A stretch of 64,000 nt of DNA, taken from contig NC_134025.1 in the NCBI RefSeq assembly GCF_964204645.1, forward strand, positions 5,208,001-5,272,000, given 5' to 3'. Below are positions 26,558 to 40,000 of this stretch, piece after piece. Position 1 is the stretch's first letter, and every line of letters starts with the position of its first letter. This stretch comes from Tubulanus polymorphus. Taxonomy: Eukaryota > Animalia > Nemertea. The translations under genes and the position numbers were made by a program. The notes below the pieces were generated by a model. That model was not told where the DNA came from. It ran no database searches and worked only from the letters and a program-made list of their open reading frames with translations.

Positions 26558-29500
26558 CTAAACTTGAGCTTCAAGGATATCTCGTTGATCATCAGGCGGG
26601 GTTAACGTAATCGTTGGCACAGTTCTTGCATGAATAGTATTGCCAGCTGCTTCCGTTTGCGGGGTCGATGATGAATGACTTATCGATGGGTCACACCGAG
26701 GTTCTGGCAACGACGGATTTTCGGTGTCGTCGGTTTCAGTATTTGGTGGATTAGATCCAGCACTTGTGTAATGGCGAACAGTTCTATTTCGACCACGTGT
26801 TTCTGGTGGATTGTTCGCGTTCACGTCTATTTGATCGACGCAAACCTCGTCGCTGATCGTATCCTCTAAACGTGAGAGTGAATTATCTTCTGTCGCAGAT
26901 GCTGTTTTCGGGGAGACTTTATCCTCTCGAAAGTTAGAAGTATTAGCATTTTCTTCGTTTGATATTTGAAACGCGAGATTGTCTAAACCTTCACAACTAT
27001 CGCCTAATTCACTTGTCCTATTACCACCGAGAGTTACACCATCGGGGCCTCTATAAAGCGACATCGTAGAGATGGTAGACACTGATCGATCGTATATCGG
27101 ATTGGAATACTTTTCGATTTTTCTTCCGATAACAAGGCGGACTGGATACCGCTTTCGGTACCAGAAATAGACGAAAGCAAGTATCAAAACAACTACGAGA
27201 ACTGTACCAAATATCACGCCGATAATCATAGGGACGTTTGGACGGGCGGGGTTATGGACGTTCTTCAGTGAACTAACTCGGTCTTTCATTTTTGTTGATG
27301 ATGTCTAAAATGAAAAAATAAGGCAATAAAAATGTTACTTAAGGAATCGAAGGATGTGAATATATCTAAGATGGTTCTCTGATTAATACTTGCCACTATT
27401 TCTCCTGGGATATTTGTTATTTGTACTGTAGAGGTGGTCGAAGATTTTGGTGTTGTTGTTTGTGGAGGATGTACGAAATCATAGTCGATAAGAAACCCTT
27501 TATACCGGCCCGACTGTTTCACGTTCAAGTTCACTTCAATCTTGACGACCGATGACGTAGATATTACATTGCTAGCTGCATTAACAATGCGCCCAGGCAA
27601 CCTCTCCTTACCACCAAAAACGTCGTAAATCTTTATGTAGTTTTCATTTCCCAACGGGGGCGGTATATTGACGTACCTAAATAATAAATTCGAACGAATT
27701 GAAATTCTTAATTGCGCATCTTGAGAATGTTATGCCTTGACAGTTACAGGTCAAGTTAAACAATAATCAACATTTTCCAAATTCAAATAAAAAGCACTTC
27801 TGTAAAACATTTAAAGAACCCTGGATTATACCTGAACGATAGTGCCACAAACAACCCTGGCGTTGCATGGATTAGCCATGTACACGAATGAGTTCCAGGT
27901 GTCACATTATTTGGATATCCGGGACTTGCTATCATACCAGCAGTATTTCTCTCAATTCCTCCAGGTAAACATCGGATTTCACAAACTGAAAACAATAATT
28001 GTAAACCATCAAATAGAATACAGAAAAATAAAGATAAATCGATATCAGAACTTTTAGAAGTGAGAAACGGTCGAAAACTCACTAGGAGGTGGGGGAATCC
28101 ATTCCAGCGCATTCAATTTATTTTTGGTACAACTGATTTTCTGACTTCCAATTAAATCAAAAGGTTGGTGACAATTCAACTTCACTCCCGTTCCTTCCTT
28201 GACTAGCTGATTGTCTATTTGAAGGAATCCACCTTGAGTGTCTATCAGAGGACAGAATTTCGGAGGACGATATTTCAACGTCGTACTATAGAATAACTTG
28301 AATATTATCCCTTCGGCGTTAAATCCCGGTTTGAGTCTTATTTGGAACGAATTTCCGTCCATGTCAAAAGTGATATTGAGACAAGCTTTCCCGATGATAC
28401 ATTCGCCGTGGAGCTGTTTTTCGTAGGGACCGCTTAGGATTTCTAACGAGGTACCCGGAGGTTGATGCAATTCCAGGACATTTACAGTTACGCTGTAGAC
28501 CCCTTCTTCTAGCCTCACGCTCCAGAAACAAGGATCTGTATCGTGGTAAACTGCTGGATAGTCAGGCGAAACAACATTGCCACTGGGGTGGTGGTAGGTA
28601 CCTCCACATTGGCCGATGCACCGCGGAAGTGGAGGATGCCATCTATTCGTCAATCCATCGGTTGTACAAATTGAACTGCTGGGACCAGACAACCGAAAAA
28701 ATGAGTCGCAGCGAATTTGAGCAAAACTCCCAATCGAATTATTGCCTAACACAACCGTGCCCCATTCGACGTGAGGCTTTTTACAAAATTCCGAAGTCAC
28801 CGCATTGTATGTCAGGACAAATGTACCCTGTTTCTCCCCGCCCATCTTTTGCACTGATACACGTACCGAATTAGATGTAGAATATACTTTACCGAAACTA
28901 GAAATCTCTGTTAATGACACGAGCAAGGTTTCGACATTTTTCTTAACATCGAACACGGTTATAGTCGTAAAATTATCTATTACGACTTCTTCGAACCGTA
29001 TTTCCAGTATTTGGCCGGGGTTAGCGCGGATTGCATACGAACATTTCGTCCCTTTCGGCATCTGTTGCGGATAAGCAGGTGATAGTATGACTCCCGTTTG
29101 ATTGGTCAATATAACGTCTTCGTATCTATTTTGCTTGAAACTCCACCGTTTACAATGGCTCACGCACGAGGGTAACTGCGAATCACTGATTGACCACTTA
29201 TTTTCTCCGAGACACGTAGAAAATGTATTCGCGCTATTTTTCCGCGCCAGAACATAACCTTGGCGACAGCGATATTGCACGAAATCACCTGAAATGTAAT
29301 AGGATTTCGCCACGCCGATGTACATATTCATGGCCTCAGGTGGATTGAGACAAACTTTCGAGCTGTTGCTATAAATGGTATAAGACAATTTGAAATGCCC
29401 TCCGCTGCTTTCCGCGCTTGATATGAATTTCGCAATTAGTACGTTGCTTTCACTTATTATGCCCGTGAATGGACTGTCCCCAGAGAATACGGCGAAAGGC

Positions 29501-30405
29501 GATATGTCGGTCGTATTTCGATAGAGTTGGAAAGTGTCACCGGTGGAAACGTCAAAAACATCGGCTGTTAGGTTAATATTTAGATAAGTTTCGTTCATTT
29601 GAATAATCCAGGTACACGCGTGGTTACTGGAATAATTGTTCGGGAAATCCTGCGACAAAATTACATCCTTGTGACGAGAAAGGTTTATCGAACTATTTGC
29701 ACTATCGCACGGGGTAGAACAACTGGGGGTGTGATAATTCCACACAGGCTGATCAGATTGATCATTTGCCGTCAGACATTCTATTTCACGAGCGCCAATC
29801 AGTACATAGCCATCATCACAGTCAAATTGTATCTTAGCACCAATTCGAAAATCATCTCCATTTCGGTGTCCCCAAGTCGGTTGACCAGGATCCGAGCAAT
29901 CGTGAATTTTAATAAATTTATAATCTAATTTAAAACCTTTGCCAGGTGATGGGGTGCTGTGGTCAGATTCAAACAACAGCCACACACTATTTGAACGAAC
30001 AAGAATTTTCTGTTTTTTTACGATTCCGCCGAACGACCATTTTGCCTGGTCGCGTTCACCGCTGATGTAGCGGTCATAAATTCGTAGAACATCGCCGTTA
30101 GATTTCGAAGTCTTTTCGTCGGTGTCAAACTTTCTGAAATAGATCTGAATAAACCAGCCGTTTGCTGGTGCTTGGATGTGCCATTCGCAAGAGACCAGCG
30201 GTTTGTAGCCGTTTGGAAATCCCGGTGAAGTTATTTGACCAGAAGCGTTGTACAGATTGCGGCCACATTGGCCGGTATCTCTGGGTAGATCGTTGGGTTT
30301 AAATCCAGTTGAGCAACGCGATAGAAACGAACACGATAGCGCAACTGCGACGAAGAAATCCAGAAACGCCCATTTCCGCACCGAGTCACCCCACAAACGA
30401 ATCAT
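26558..30405 (-). CDS. Type I membrane protein with 5 CUB and 4 sushi domains and an NPxY tail (SEZ6/CSMD-like)
   Basis: Signal-like N-terminus, CUB motifs (GQITSPGFPNGY...CEWHI; ILSPAYP; VVSPDYP; IASPGYP) alternating with CCP repeats, a Thr-rich stalk, TM IIGVIFGTVLVVVLILAFVYFWY and YSNPIY. Exons are about 30405-28083, 27985-27832, 27676-27394 and 27304-26558. Confidence 0.88.
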
Positions 30406-33400
30406 AATGACACATTTTCATTCGGAATTGATATCGTAATTGCCAATTGGAATCGATTGCCAGTTGGTATAATAGCTCCTGAAATTGAAAAATTACTACA
30501 GATGAATCAATGCTACCACCGGTTTTCCTGAAAAGCTTATGAAAATGGTCTGCGCTTTGTAAACAACCACAAAAATCTCTCCAGCCTTCGACGGTTTTCA
30601 GTGCTAGTCGAGCGAACAATGAAAATATAAACGCATAACTTTGAATTGTTTTTGTGACGATAGACAATAAGAACACTTACTACTGGGTTGACCTTTGCTA
30701 ATCAAACATGCATCCAGTATTCGGAAAACATACATAATTCATCCAGATAGTGGCATAATGCCAGGAATACGGGCGAAATGAGTTTATTTTGAAGTCATAT
30801 GAAACAAAATTATCTATTCATTTTCATCCATTTATTCAAATTTTATACAGCGTTTCGAATAAATAGCACGTTTATTTCTAACTCGACGACAAATGTTTGT
30901 GATGCAGTTTTAATTTAATCTAATATATTAACCAGTCTACAGCGGATTTCTGGCGCCGCACTTTCTGGAAGACAGTCGACTTATCACATTATTAGACACT
31001 GCAACTAAAAATGTATTCATATACGTATATTTTCATGTATCTTACCGATATTCTATTTGCATCTTTCGATCCGTATCTTCGATTTTCCTTCTAGTTTGCA
31101 ATACGTTGTATTAGTTGACTTGTTATTGTATATGATGTGTATAAGCTCACTCCACCCTCTCCATCTCCATGCGTTTCACGTCATCTATAATTGTGCTGTT
31201 GCGCTATTGTTCACACGATTTCCAGGAATATCGATCATGTGACTGGCCCCGCTTAGCACGGCTTATCATTCGCAGCATCCGATCCACGAGAGAGAGAGTC
31301 GATCGATACTATATATGTAATTGTGACGGGAGGAAATAGGAGATGGAGCCTCCATCAGCGTGTAATCAACTGATCGATTTTCTCTTGACAACGAAGATAT
31401 GTTTGATTCAGTTTATCTGCGTTGCCAAGATAAGAATCTGCCTCTTCGTCATATTGATGATTGGGTGACATCATCCATTGTGTCATAGATAACTAACGTT
31501 GGCGGGACTCTCAAATTGTCATCGAAATATTAGGGATTAAAAGTCCACGATGAAAAAATAGAAATAGACTAGAATACGGGGATATTTCGTATAAAACAAA
31601 TTTTATTTGATTTACTTGAGCATTATGCGTCATTTAGAAAGTCACGGTCAGGATCCTCTGTAATCGTTTCATAACGTACCTACAGAACTAATCCCCTCAC
31701 AGGGACCGGTATAATACACATACTGAGGTAAAACATTCTTTGCCAAATGAACAGTAACTCGAGACACGTAAATGAAACGAATACAGAATGACCCAATATA
31801 ATTCTACTCTTTAACAAATAATAATGAAGTGACAAAGAAACCGATCAAAAAGAAAACTACTCAATGAGTTCATTTCGATAGTTTCTGACTCAAATCAATC
31901 AATAAATAATAATAATAAGATTCAGAGATTCTTTCCCTTTTCCAACAGAGCGGATTTATTAAGGCCTATTAAAACACCTCAGCTAAATAATATTTTACTG
32001 AAGATATTTTAATATTCATATTTTTGTTTCATTTATCATGTTTCAAAATTAATCTCTAATAAGAAATAAATTTCATAAATCGTGTTTCTTTACTTAAGAT
32101 GCACAAGAAAATTCGAAAATATACCGATCACCCCCCTTTACAGAGATAAATCTAATTTTGACATGAAAACGTACCATTCTGTCTAGTGAATTTAGTTCAG
32201 ACAAGATCGGAGTTCATTATGAATGTTATATTTTGAGATCTATTCTTTACAGCAACTATTTGTCGACAAGCAGCTAATTAACATAAAACAATCAAATACT
32301 ACAATTGCACACACAATTTCACAAACATTCTGAGTTTGAACAACAATATCGAAGAAAATACAAAAGTCTATCTACAGTGGAACCCCAATCTGACAAATCC
32401 ACCCAAATAATTAAAAATATTTATCAATTTTCATGGCTCATTGCATGTATGCATTATAAATTTTGTGTCTTAAAGCGCGATTTGAAGTTTGGAATAATGA
32501 AATTCGGCTGTACTAGACTATATTTCTCCTCAATTTGCATTTGAACTGCCAGATCATAGCGGTAAATATTTTAATTCCTAGATTCAAACCACCCAAAATT
32601 ATGAACGAACTTATTACATACTTTGCTATATGACAGCAATAAGGGTGTTGCCAATGACATTTTCAAAGTGAAAAAAAATCGACAGACACATTTCGCAATT
32701 ACACGCACACGAAAAATAAGCACGTACTATTCTATAATACTATATTTTTGCATGCAATATAGTAAAATGAATTTCCACAAACCTTCATAGCAAAATACAA
32801 TACAAGGCTAGTACTAACACATGTATATCAATATAATAAATAGACAGTTGTCTAATCTATAAAAAAAAGATTATAAGCCACATATTACTAAGCATTAAGC
32901 ACCTTAATGAATTATTATCGTTAAAAATAAGAAGAAAATAACAAATACACCCTGTTCACCGCTGGCTTTAACCATTCCATCCTGTTTACAAGAGATGCTT
33001 CATGCATAGGCACAGACAAGACGTTATTAGAGCAAGCTTAGATAATAGAATACCCGGTAGATGTCTATAGCAGACATACCGGTAATGCAGAACAAGGTAT
33101 GACCACCAATAACACAATCACCAAGTCTAGTGTACTCAGAATTTCTGGTTGTTCATATTTGTTGTCGAAACATTCTCATTACCACAAGTACTAATTTCAT
33201 TTTTAATGAGACAGTTGTTTTAGATATACCCTGTTGTTTATAAGTGAGCCTACTTAAAGAGACCAAATTTAATACATTTACTTGTTGAGTTTTGTTAACT
33301 AGTGCAAATATGAACTAAGATTACTGTATTAGTTATTTTTGTTAGTTTGAAAAGCTAATATCTTCACTACTACGAAAGAGATGACAATTTTTAAGCAGGT

Positions 33401-33838
33401 TCTTACTACTGAAAGGAAATCCTTAAGCTTCATAGACACAATGTTATATCTTCAATGGTATTCTTTCCATCTAAACTTTTAGAATCATTTTATATCAGAA
33501 TGTATAAGCAATTAATGTCAGCGATGATAGTAAGGTTTACATTTTTAAATAAACGTTAACAATCAAATCTTTCAGAAGATATGTTCACGAAGGAGCCAGT
33601 GATAGCTCTGTATCAGGTGTGATTTTAAGCATACAAAATGTAGTATAAAATTACACACAAGGATTACTTAAGGAAGCAGTTGATATCGCGATCTGAATAT
33701 CATTAGATATAGAGCTGCCACAGAAGACTAGGTCCAAGTTACTGACTTTACCCTCAGGGATCTTTTTCAGTTCAGTCTCCTCAGTTTCTCATTATCAATA
33801 TCATGGTAGCTGGCTAGTCCATAGTCTAGAAACAGGCC

Positions 33839-33874
33839 CCAACCCATTCCTCAACCCATTCCTCAACCCATTCC
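33839..33874. repeat. 12-bp tandem repeat (CAACCCATTCCT) x3
   Basis: Read directly, in the TMTC3 3' region. Confidence 0.85.
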
Positions 33875-34055
33875 TATTTCACAGTAGAATTTGTTTGTCA
33901 ATATTCTTATATTTACGAAGCAATACTTACACGTACCTTTAAAAAAATGATGTAGGGTATTGCAATATATCTACATGAGAAATGCATAGCAGATATTAAG
34001 TGTTTGTCAGGAGATATGGTAATAATATATAAACATTTATACATTTGGTCCACTA

Positions 34056-37000
34056 TTATTTAGCACCATTGCGTGTTTTCTCAGCATTCGATTGCGAGCT
34101 GCTCGACTTATGTCCGTTTCTATTCTGATTCATTTGTTTTTGAGCAGCCGCAATTTTTCCGCGAACAATGTTTAAATGATTTTCGATGTATTTCTCATGT
34201 GGAGCTAAACGCAATGCGTGCGTCAGGCATTTTTCCGCTTTGCTCAGTTGCCCCTGTTCGAAGAAAACGACGCACAAGTTGTGATTTGCTTGAACGTTGC
34301 CCGGATCATTTTGCAATATTTGCTTAAAATTCTGAAAAAGAATCAATTCAATATGAATCCACCTATTCTACAGGCATAGTCAATCTTAATTTCAAAAGTA
34401 CAAAGGCACTGAACTATCAACCTTATAAGCTACACAAATTCATTCATATAATTCTCTGCAAAACTAATCTATGGAAATCGTTACGGATTGAAAACAAAAC
34501 TTTTTTCAGATGCTAACCTCCTCAGCAGCCTTTATATCTTTTAAAATATTAATGTTGATATCTCCCATTAGAATCAAACCCTTGGTGTGATCGGGATAAT
34601 ACTGTAAGATAAGATTGATGACGAGATTTAGTTCGGAACCTGCATAATATGATGGTGTAAATAGCCGATGCTTGAGCTAGCATATACCTTTAATAACTGT
34701 TTTAGATACGGTACCGCATCCATTGGTCGTTTGACATCATTATTCAGTAAAAGGGCAAGGTTGAATAGCGCACTCCTGAAATCTGGTTTTAACTGAAATG
34801 AAAAAAAATTTCATTCATATTTGACCAAAATTGAATGAATATGCATCTTTAGTCAAACCACTTGCACGTTAATTCTTTCAAGGAAATAATACTGATACCT
34901 GTACTGCCTTCTTGAAATAGAACTCAGCATCATTCAATTTCTTATCATCTGTAGCTAGCATTCCCAAATTGAAGTATAGTTTAGCATCATTAGGATCTTT
35001 CTCCACTAACTTATTCAGCCTATGAAAAGTTAGAAACATTTAAACAAGTTAGAAGAACGACGACTACAACTAACGGCCATAAATATTAAAACAAAATTCA
35101 TAATTGTTTGATTGTCTGTGAAATACCTCTTATATGCAGCTGGTCTCATTCTTGGATCTCCAGTTTCTTGAATCAAAACGGCAGAATTAAATAATGTTTG
35201 CTGCAAAATAGAGGGAGAAAAATAATTTTTCCAAAATGCAAGCCTAAACATGTAATTGCATGAATCATAGAATCAATAACAAACCTTATGTTCAGGATCA
35301 AATCGCAAGGCTTCTTCAAAGCATTTAATCGCCTCTTGTGTCCTGCCTTGCTCAAGAAAAACAACGCCCAACTTCAAAAAAACAATAAGTCAACAATGGT
35401 AACATCAAATTATGACAACATATCTCAGCGTCAGTAAATCAATTTATGGGAACTTACATTATAGTGAACATCAGAATTGTCTGGTTCATATCGTAATGCT
35501 GTTTCATATTGCTGTTGTGCTTCAAGAGTTCGATTCAATTTCAGTAGCACGTCTCCTCTGTTGATATAAGCCTGTATCCAATCTGCTCTCATGCTGATCG
35601 CTTGTTTATATAGCTAAAATAAGGCAAACCCATGAAACCGTACAGGACAATTCAGCAATAAGGAATACTTACTAAAACCTCAGAGATTTACTTACTGTAT
35701 TTGCTTCTTCTAATCTTGAAGCATTCTTGGAGATCAGATTTGCTAAATTCACAAAAACATTCAAGTGATTTGGAGCAATCCTTGTAGTGTAAGACTGACC
35801 TGAAAGAACAAATCAATATTTCAAATAATCAGCCTCTCAAGAAACATTACCCATGAGAAAGCTGGATTACCAAATGAGCCAACTATGTTTTTTCCAAGTC
35901 ATATCATGATATTTTACCTGGTTTTACTGGGGGCATCAATCCCAAAGCAGTTCTATAAGATTTCTCAGCGTCTGCATGCTGTTGGAGATTATTGAAGGTT
36001 CGTCCTATATTTATATGAGCCCCAATATCATCTGGCTGGACACTGTATGAATAGAAAATACAATGTCAAAACCTTTCCTGATGAAAAAATTAAAGATCTA
36101 TCAAAGCTATTTTTTGTGAATTTAATACCTTGCTGCCTTTTGGAAATAATTGAGAGCTTCGCTGAATTGATCCTTGTTTTCTAAAGCATGACCGACATTG
36201 TTGTATAATTTGGCATTATTCTTGTTCGTCTTCAAGGCAGCTTTAAACAAACTATATTCTGACTCCCTACAATAGCAGTGAAATGCAAAATTTGTCATCT
36301 GAAGTAGGTGCTGCCATCTAACAATGTCCACGAACTCTATACTAATATTCTTACCAGTCATTATTTCGGACGATCGTTTTCATTGTGTGAGTTAGAATAA
36401 GAATTACCATCAATGCCCATAGGATTTTCTTCAACTTTTCACTGATATAAAAATGTTCAGATTTATAGATATAAATGTACAAAATGATCAAAACATCTTA
36501 AACGTTAAGAATTACTAAGAATGTTACTCTTTTCTCAGGGATATTCTACGCATCTGATGAAAACTGTGACTGAATCTGTGATTTTTTAACATAACCATGC
36601 AAAAAGAAATCTCAAAGTTATTTCGAGTTGGCATACTTACTTCTTTTTCACTATTATTTCAAATCCGAGGGCTACTAACATTGTGAATCCCATACTGGGC
36701 GTATAAAGTATTCTTTCAGCTACGACGAAACCAACCGGGAAGAACAGATTGGAAGCTGGTATAAACGGCAGAGTCATAAATGATAAACACTGAAACATAA
36801 AACACGAGACGACTGCACAATCAAATCTCACACAGTAATAACAAACAAGGAAAGTCTGTGAATACAAAGTGTTCACTTTCAGCGTGTGCTTCAATCCAAG
36901 CAACCGTGATTTTGGCTAATAATAAATGAGCAATGCTTCATGCAAATAATAAGACATTCATTTTCATAATAGAAACTGCTGAAACCACAAGTACTACACC

Positions 37001-40000
37001 AATCGTTCTAAATTACATGGCAACTTCCATATTTGGCATTTACGAATAGCAAACTAACCATAATGATATTTTTTGGACGTGTTCCATGCTGCTGCGTTAG
37101 GGCAAAATGAATAAATTTGCCGAGGACAACGTAAAAGGCAATTGTGGCAGTATTGCGGAGATCTAGTATTGACCGAATGACAGGAATAGTTCCCATTGTC
37201 CAATCACAGCAGAGTTGCGATGGATCCAATAACAACCAGACATTCACGGGTAGTAAATAGTTGAACGTTAACTGACGGGCAGGAAACGGCGACACCGATG
37301 CCGGATTATCAAATCTACAAGACAAATATCAGAGTCATTGATTTATTGGTTAAATCTATGAAAATGCTACAAATGAATTGGCAATAGATTTATGTATAAG
37401 ATATGTTAAAATTTTACTTTATGAAGTGATTTATACGTTAGAATTGTTGATGAAGTTAATGAGCGGTAAATGGTATATGAACTTTAGATAACTCTACCTC
37501 AATCTCAAATATCTTAATTCAAGGTGTTTTTTTCAAAGGAATTTCATAACAGCATGTTTTAACATCATTAAACTCAACAGGAATAGCGCATTGGTGCTTG
37601 CAACGTTTGATCATAACTGCCGTAAAGGACTAAATCCAAAGATCAAAGTACTTGAAGTGTGAAAGATGATGTTACTAACGGAAATCCTGTTGACGAGAAC
37701 TCTAGCGTGGCTAGTAACTTACCTTGTAAAAACAGGAAGCTGAGCTCCCATGACTTTGATCCTTGCAAATAGTAGAAATATTGTGCTTCCAACGAGAAAT
37801 CCAGCTCGTATGACAGCTTCCCTGAGCCATGGAGGAAAATGCGGTTTACAATGCATGAATGAGTTCAGTACACGCAATATCTGTGGAAATGTCATCTGGA
37901 AAACACGCAGAAAACAAGACTTTCAATAAGGTTTCATGTTTGAGAAAGTGAAAGATACAAAACAATCATTCAGCCATAATCTTAAAAGAGAAAATTTTAG
38001 CTGCATAATATTCATATCCCAATAAAAGTAGACTTCTCCTAAATCGGTACTGTTTATCTCGGTAAACAATTAATTCAGCGGTTTTGTAAGCAATTTCTAT
38101 CCTTAACACTTCTAAATTCAATTTCTAATTCGGTAAATGGTATAGTTTACTGAACAACTGCAAACTCACTAAATAACTACAAACATTTCTAATTGCCTAT
38201 TTCTCATAATTGCATGGGTTTTTTGCCATTTTGCCCAAATTAAAGCACATTTAAAAGCATTTTCAGTTAGAAAGAGTTTTTCTAAGGAATCAAGGAATCG
38301 TAGGGACCCTGTAATGATGGAACTTACCTTTTGCGTAATGAATACTTCATAAACACAGCATACACCTATCACAGTTATACCTTGCTCTTTACAAAGCATC
38401 GCTATCGTTACTAATATCACAGTTAAACACAAATATTTCCACCCTGAAACAATTAAAAATAAAACTTCACATATATTTCTAATTCTTAAATATACGCCCT
38501 TTTTTAGTTACGCAACTATCATTCTCAAGTAGCTATCATACGGTACTGACAACACACGCGATATATGTAAAAAGTTTTCAAGAACGCTTGTTAACTACTT
38601 CATTCGCTCGCAATTTCTATTTGATCTAGACAAAGACATGTCTACACCACACGAAATTTCGTTTTGATACAGGAATTCACACATGACTTACTCGTATACG
38701 TTTTGCCAGATTTCGTTCGGCCTCTTGTTTTTTGGGCATAACACATAAATGCGGCCAGGAAGAATACGGAGGACAATGCCTCAGCTCGGCCGACGACCCC
38801 GGTAACCTGAAAATCACCAAAAATATCTCGCTTTCAACAACATATTTGGGGAAATACGAGGTTGATTGGTTCTCAATCAGTTGCGTGGAAAAATTACAGT
38901 CAGATTTACACCATTTGTCCGCAATTCGATAGGGCAAAGAAAATTGCGTTGTGTCAACGTCAGCAGAGAACGATCAAAAGCAAATTGCAAAATGATACAT
39001 AATACGCAGTTACAGCAACTCTATACTAATGAGTTTTTGTTGTGACTGTCGTGATAAATAGTATTGATTGCTACGAAAAAAATGACCTCCCCGTTCAGAG
39101 GCATCAATATTCTACAGCTGTTACAACCGCAGCGTGGGTTTGATTCCCAAACACAGTGTGTGAAGAACACAGTTCACAAATACATTATCAAAGCCTGGCT
39201 TCAATACCATGGGTGAGATTTTGGGGTGTGTGCGCGCTAATTCAATTGTAAGAAAAACCCTAGGCTTATATTAAACTAGTCTATAGCCGCAATCACGCGA
39301 GTGTTTTTTGCTCAGGCTAAATTTGACCCCATCAAAAATGTCGGACCAGCCCCGAGCATGGGACCAATCATTAGGGAGTGCTGTTTCCGGAAGATACTCG
39401 TCTTGCTTTGTCATGGCATTGTTTATTATTGAGGGAGTGGTTTCTGAGTGAACTATGCTCTCTCTAATTAGGCATGGGCTTATTTTACACGGGTCTGATC
39501 CGGGCCGAATCATCTTTGTTTAGTCGTGGCTTATAGGACTACTGGCCCCTATACGAGTAACAAGTATACTCGTATTTTCTTGAGGGGTATTTTTCGACCT
39601 CAGAAAAAGTCATTGGGAGGTAGTAACCAGATTAAACTTACTGCTTCTGTATGAATAGGATGGACAGCAAACAGAATACTTGCTAAAAAACTTGTGCTTT
39701 GGCTGAAAAACATCCGACACATTCTGCAAAATAGAAATTTTTAAAACAAATTTCATTCAAGACTACAAGATGATGCAATTGAAGCTCTTAGCTTTGCCTG
39801 TTAAAAAAAATTGTTGAAATTCATGAAAAGTCTTCTGAACTTTTAATTGAATGTAACTGTCGAGGGAAATAAATGAGCGTGACAAAGTACATGAAATGAA
39901 AAGACTTCATGGATATTAGACGATATTCACTCATTAAAAAACAGATACTAATGCAGCTCTTAAAAGCGCTTTTAGTCGATTTCCCTCAAGAGAATTTAGG

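Noticed and set aside
28629-30439. Plus-strand ORFs over the CUB-sushi exon
   Set aside because: Antisense shadows of the long coding exon.
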